This document shows, in pieces, positions 63,189 through 64,000 of a stretch of DNA of 64,000 nucleotides. Source of the stretch: an uncultured Acidobacteriota bacterium (GTDB taxonomy: Bacteria > Acidobacteriota > Thermoanaerobaculia > UBA5066 > Gp7-AA6). Made by a program: the position numbers and the translations under genes. Each line of letters begins with the position of its first letter. Position 1 is the first letter of the stretch. The stretch is from contig CAVPSG010000002.1 of the NCBI GenBank assembly GCA_963708395.1, forward strand, positions 1,804,401-1,868,400. The letters are read 5' to 3'. The notes under the pieces are model-generated. The model did not search any database. It saw only the letters and a list, made by a program, of their open reading frames with translations, and was not told the origin of the DNA.

Positions 63189-64000
63189 ATGGCCGAAGAC
63201 CGGACCCGGGAGATCCTCGATCGGACGCTCGCGGGCGAGCGCCTGTCGGACGCGGACTGCGAGACGCTTCTCGCCGAGGGAAATCTGCTGGCGCTCGGGC
63301 AGGCGGCCGATGCGGTCCGCCGCCGGATGAACGATGCCGGCATCGCGACCTACCTCGTGGACCGCAACATCAACTACACGAACGTCTGCGTCTATCGCTG
63401 CCAGTTCTGCGCGTTCTACCGGCCGAGCTCGAAGCATCCCGAGTCCTACGTCCTCTCCTTCGACCAGATCGGCGAAAAGATCCAGGAGATGCTCGATCTG
63501 GGAGGCACCGGCGTCCTCCTCCAGGGCGGCGTGAACGGCGACCTGCCGTTCTCCTTCTACGAGGACATGTTCCGGTTCATCCGGAAGACCTTTCCGACGG
63601 TCCATCTGCACGCCCTGTCGTCTCCGGAGATCTACTTCCTCCAGAAGATCACGAAATGGCCGCTCCGCGACGTGATCTCCCGCCTGCGCGACGCCGGCCT
63701 CCAGTCGATCCCGGGCGGCGGCGCGGAAGTCCTCGAGGACTCGGTGCGGGAGCGGATCTGGGCGCTCACCAAGTCCCCGACCGACAAGTGGATCGAGGTG
63801 CACGAGGTGGCCCACGGCCTCGGCCTGCGCACGACGGCGACCATGATGTTCGGCGTCGGCGAGACCTACGCGCAACGCGTGCACCACTTCCGCGTGCTGC
63901 GCGACCTGCAGGATCGCACGGGCGGCTTCACCGCCTGGATCCCGTGGACGTTCCAGGAGGAGAACACCGCGCTCGACGGCAAGGTCCCGCTCGCCGGCGG
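63189..64000 (+). CDS. mqnC: Radical SAM futalosine-pathway enzyme (MqnC/MqnE family); 3' end outside the window
   Basis: MAEDRTREILDRTLAGERLSDADCETLL..NINYTNVCVYRCQFCAFYRP (CxxxCxxC radical-SAM cluster in the MqnC/MqnE N-terminal context) ..GGTGVLLQGG... Absent from the ORF track because it runs off the window; the antisense ORF 63111..63887 shadows it. Confidence 0.65.
   Translation, partial: MAEDRTREILDRTLAGERLSDADCETLLAEGNLLALGQAADAVRRRMNDAGIATYLVDRNINYTNVCVYRCQFCAFYRPSSKHPESYVLSFDQIGEKIQEMLDLGGTGVLLQGGVNGDLPFSFYEDMFRFIRKTFPTVHLHALSSPEIYFLQKITKWPLRDVISRLRDAGLQSIPGGGAEVLEDSVRERIWALTKSPTDKWIEVHEVAHGLGLRTTATMMFGVGETYAQRVHHFRVLRDLQDRTGGFTAWIPWTFQEENTALDGKVPLAG

Overview
This is a 64 kb segment of a high-GC (about 68-70% by eye) bacterial chromosome. 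Gene content (hopanoid hpnI/hpnJ, futalosine-pathway mqn genes, a DUF1800/DUF1501 pair, SLH-domain proteins, a fused membrane/spermidine-synthase/TPR protein, an NtrY/NtrX-like pair, Ser/Thr kinase-TPR) fits an Acidobacteria-like or similar soil diderm; that lineage guess is inference only. The core genome here includes nadE, ftcD, lpxC, smpB, uvrA, tig-clpP-clpX-lon-engB-rho, an M1 and an S8 peptidase, and tRNA-Lys(CUU) and tRNA-Leu(UAG).

Three loci are the most interesting. First, a roughly 6.9 kb genomic island sits in the 3' end of tRNA-Lys (36243..43189), bounded by an imperfect 33-nt repeat of the tRNA 3' end. It carries a decayed tyrosine integrase, a second integrase fragment, a HigB/HigA toxin-antitoxin pair with an upstream palindrome, a DNA methyltransferase fused to an Mrr-like PD-(D/E)xK nuclease domain, a Vgb-lyase-like beta-propeller with a Thr-Pro tail, and two lipoproteins. 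Second, a glycolipid-modification neighbourhood (1..14327) contains a GT2 polyprenyl-phosphate sugar synthase-like gene, a SAM methyltransferase, two tandemly duplicated GT-C membrane glycosyltransferases, and hopanoid hpnI and hpnJ split by an opposite-strand secreted-protein gene, with no hpnK in the window. Third, a cell-surface module (21825..28701) comprises DUF1501, a DUF1800 protein with three SLH domains, and a second triple-SLH protein with a roughly 560 bp Thr-Pro coding microsatellite; the SLH domains are a Cys variant in which GC-x4-YCP replaces the usual GY-x-DGTFRP.

Caveat: many essential genes (uvrA, lon, rho, clpP, clpX, engB) and others (ftcD, mqnA, the NtrY-like kinase, a GNAT gene, higA, the M1 peptidase) are split by single-base frameshifts, often in G/C runs. 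This points to uncorrected indel errors in the assembly rather than pseudogenisation, so frameshift calls inside the island are equally uncertain.

Many long Arg/Pro/Gly-rich ORFs in the six-frame track are antisense shadows typical of high-GC DNA and were not called.
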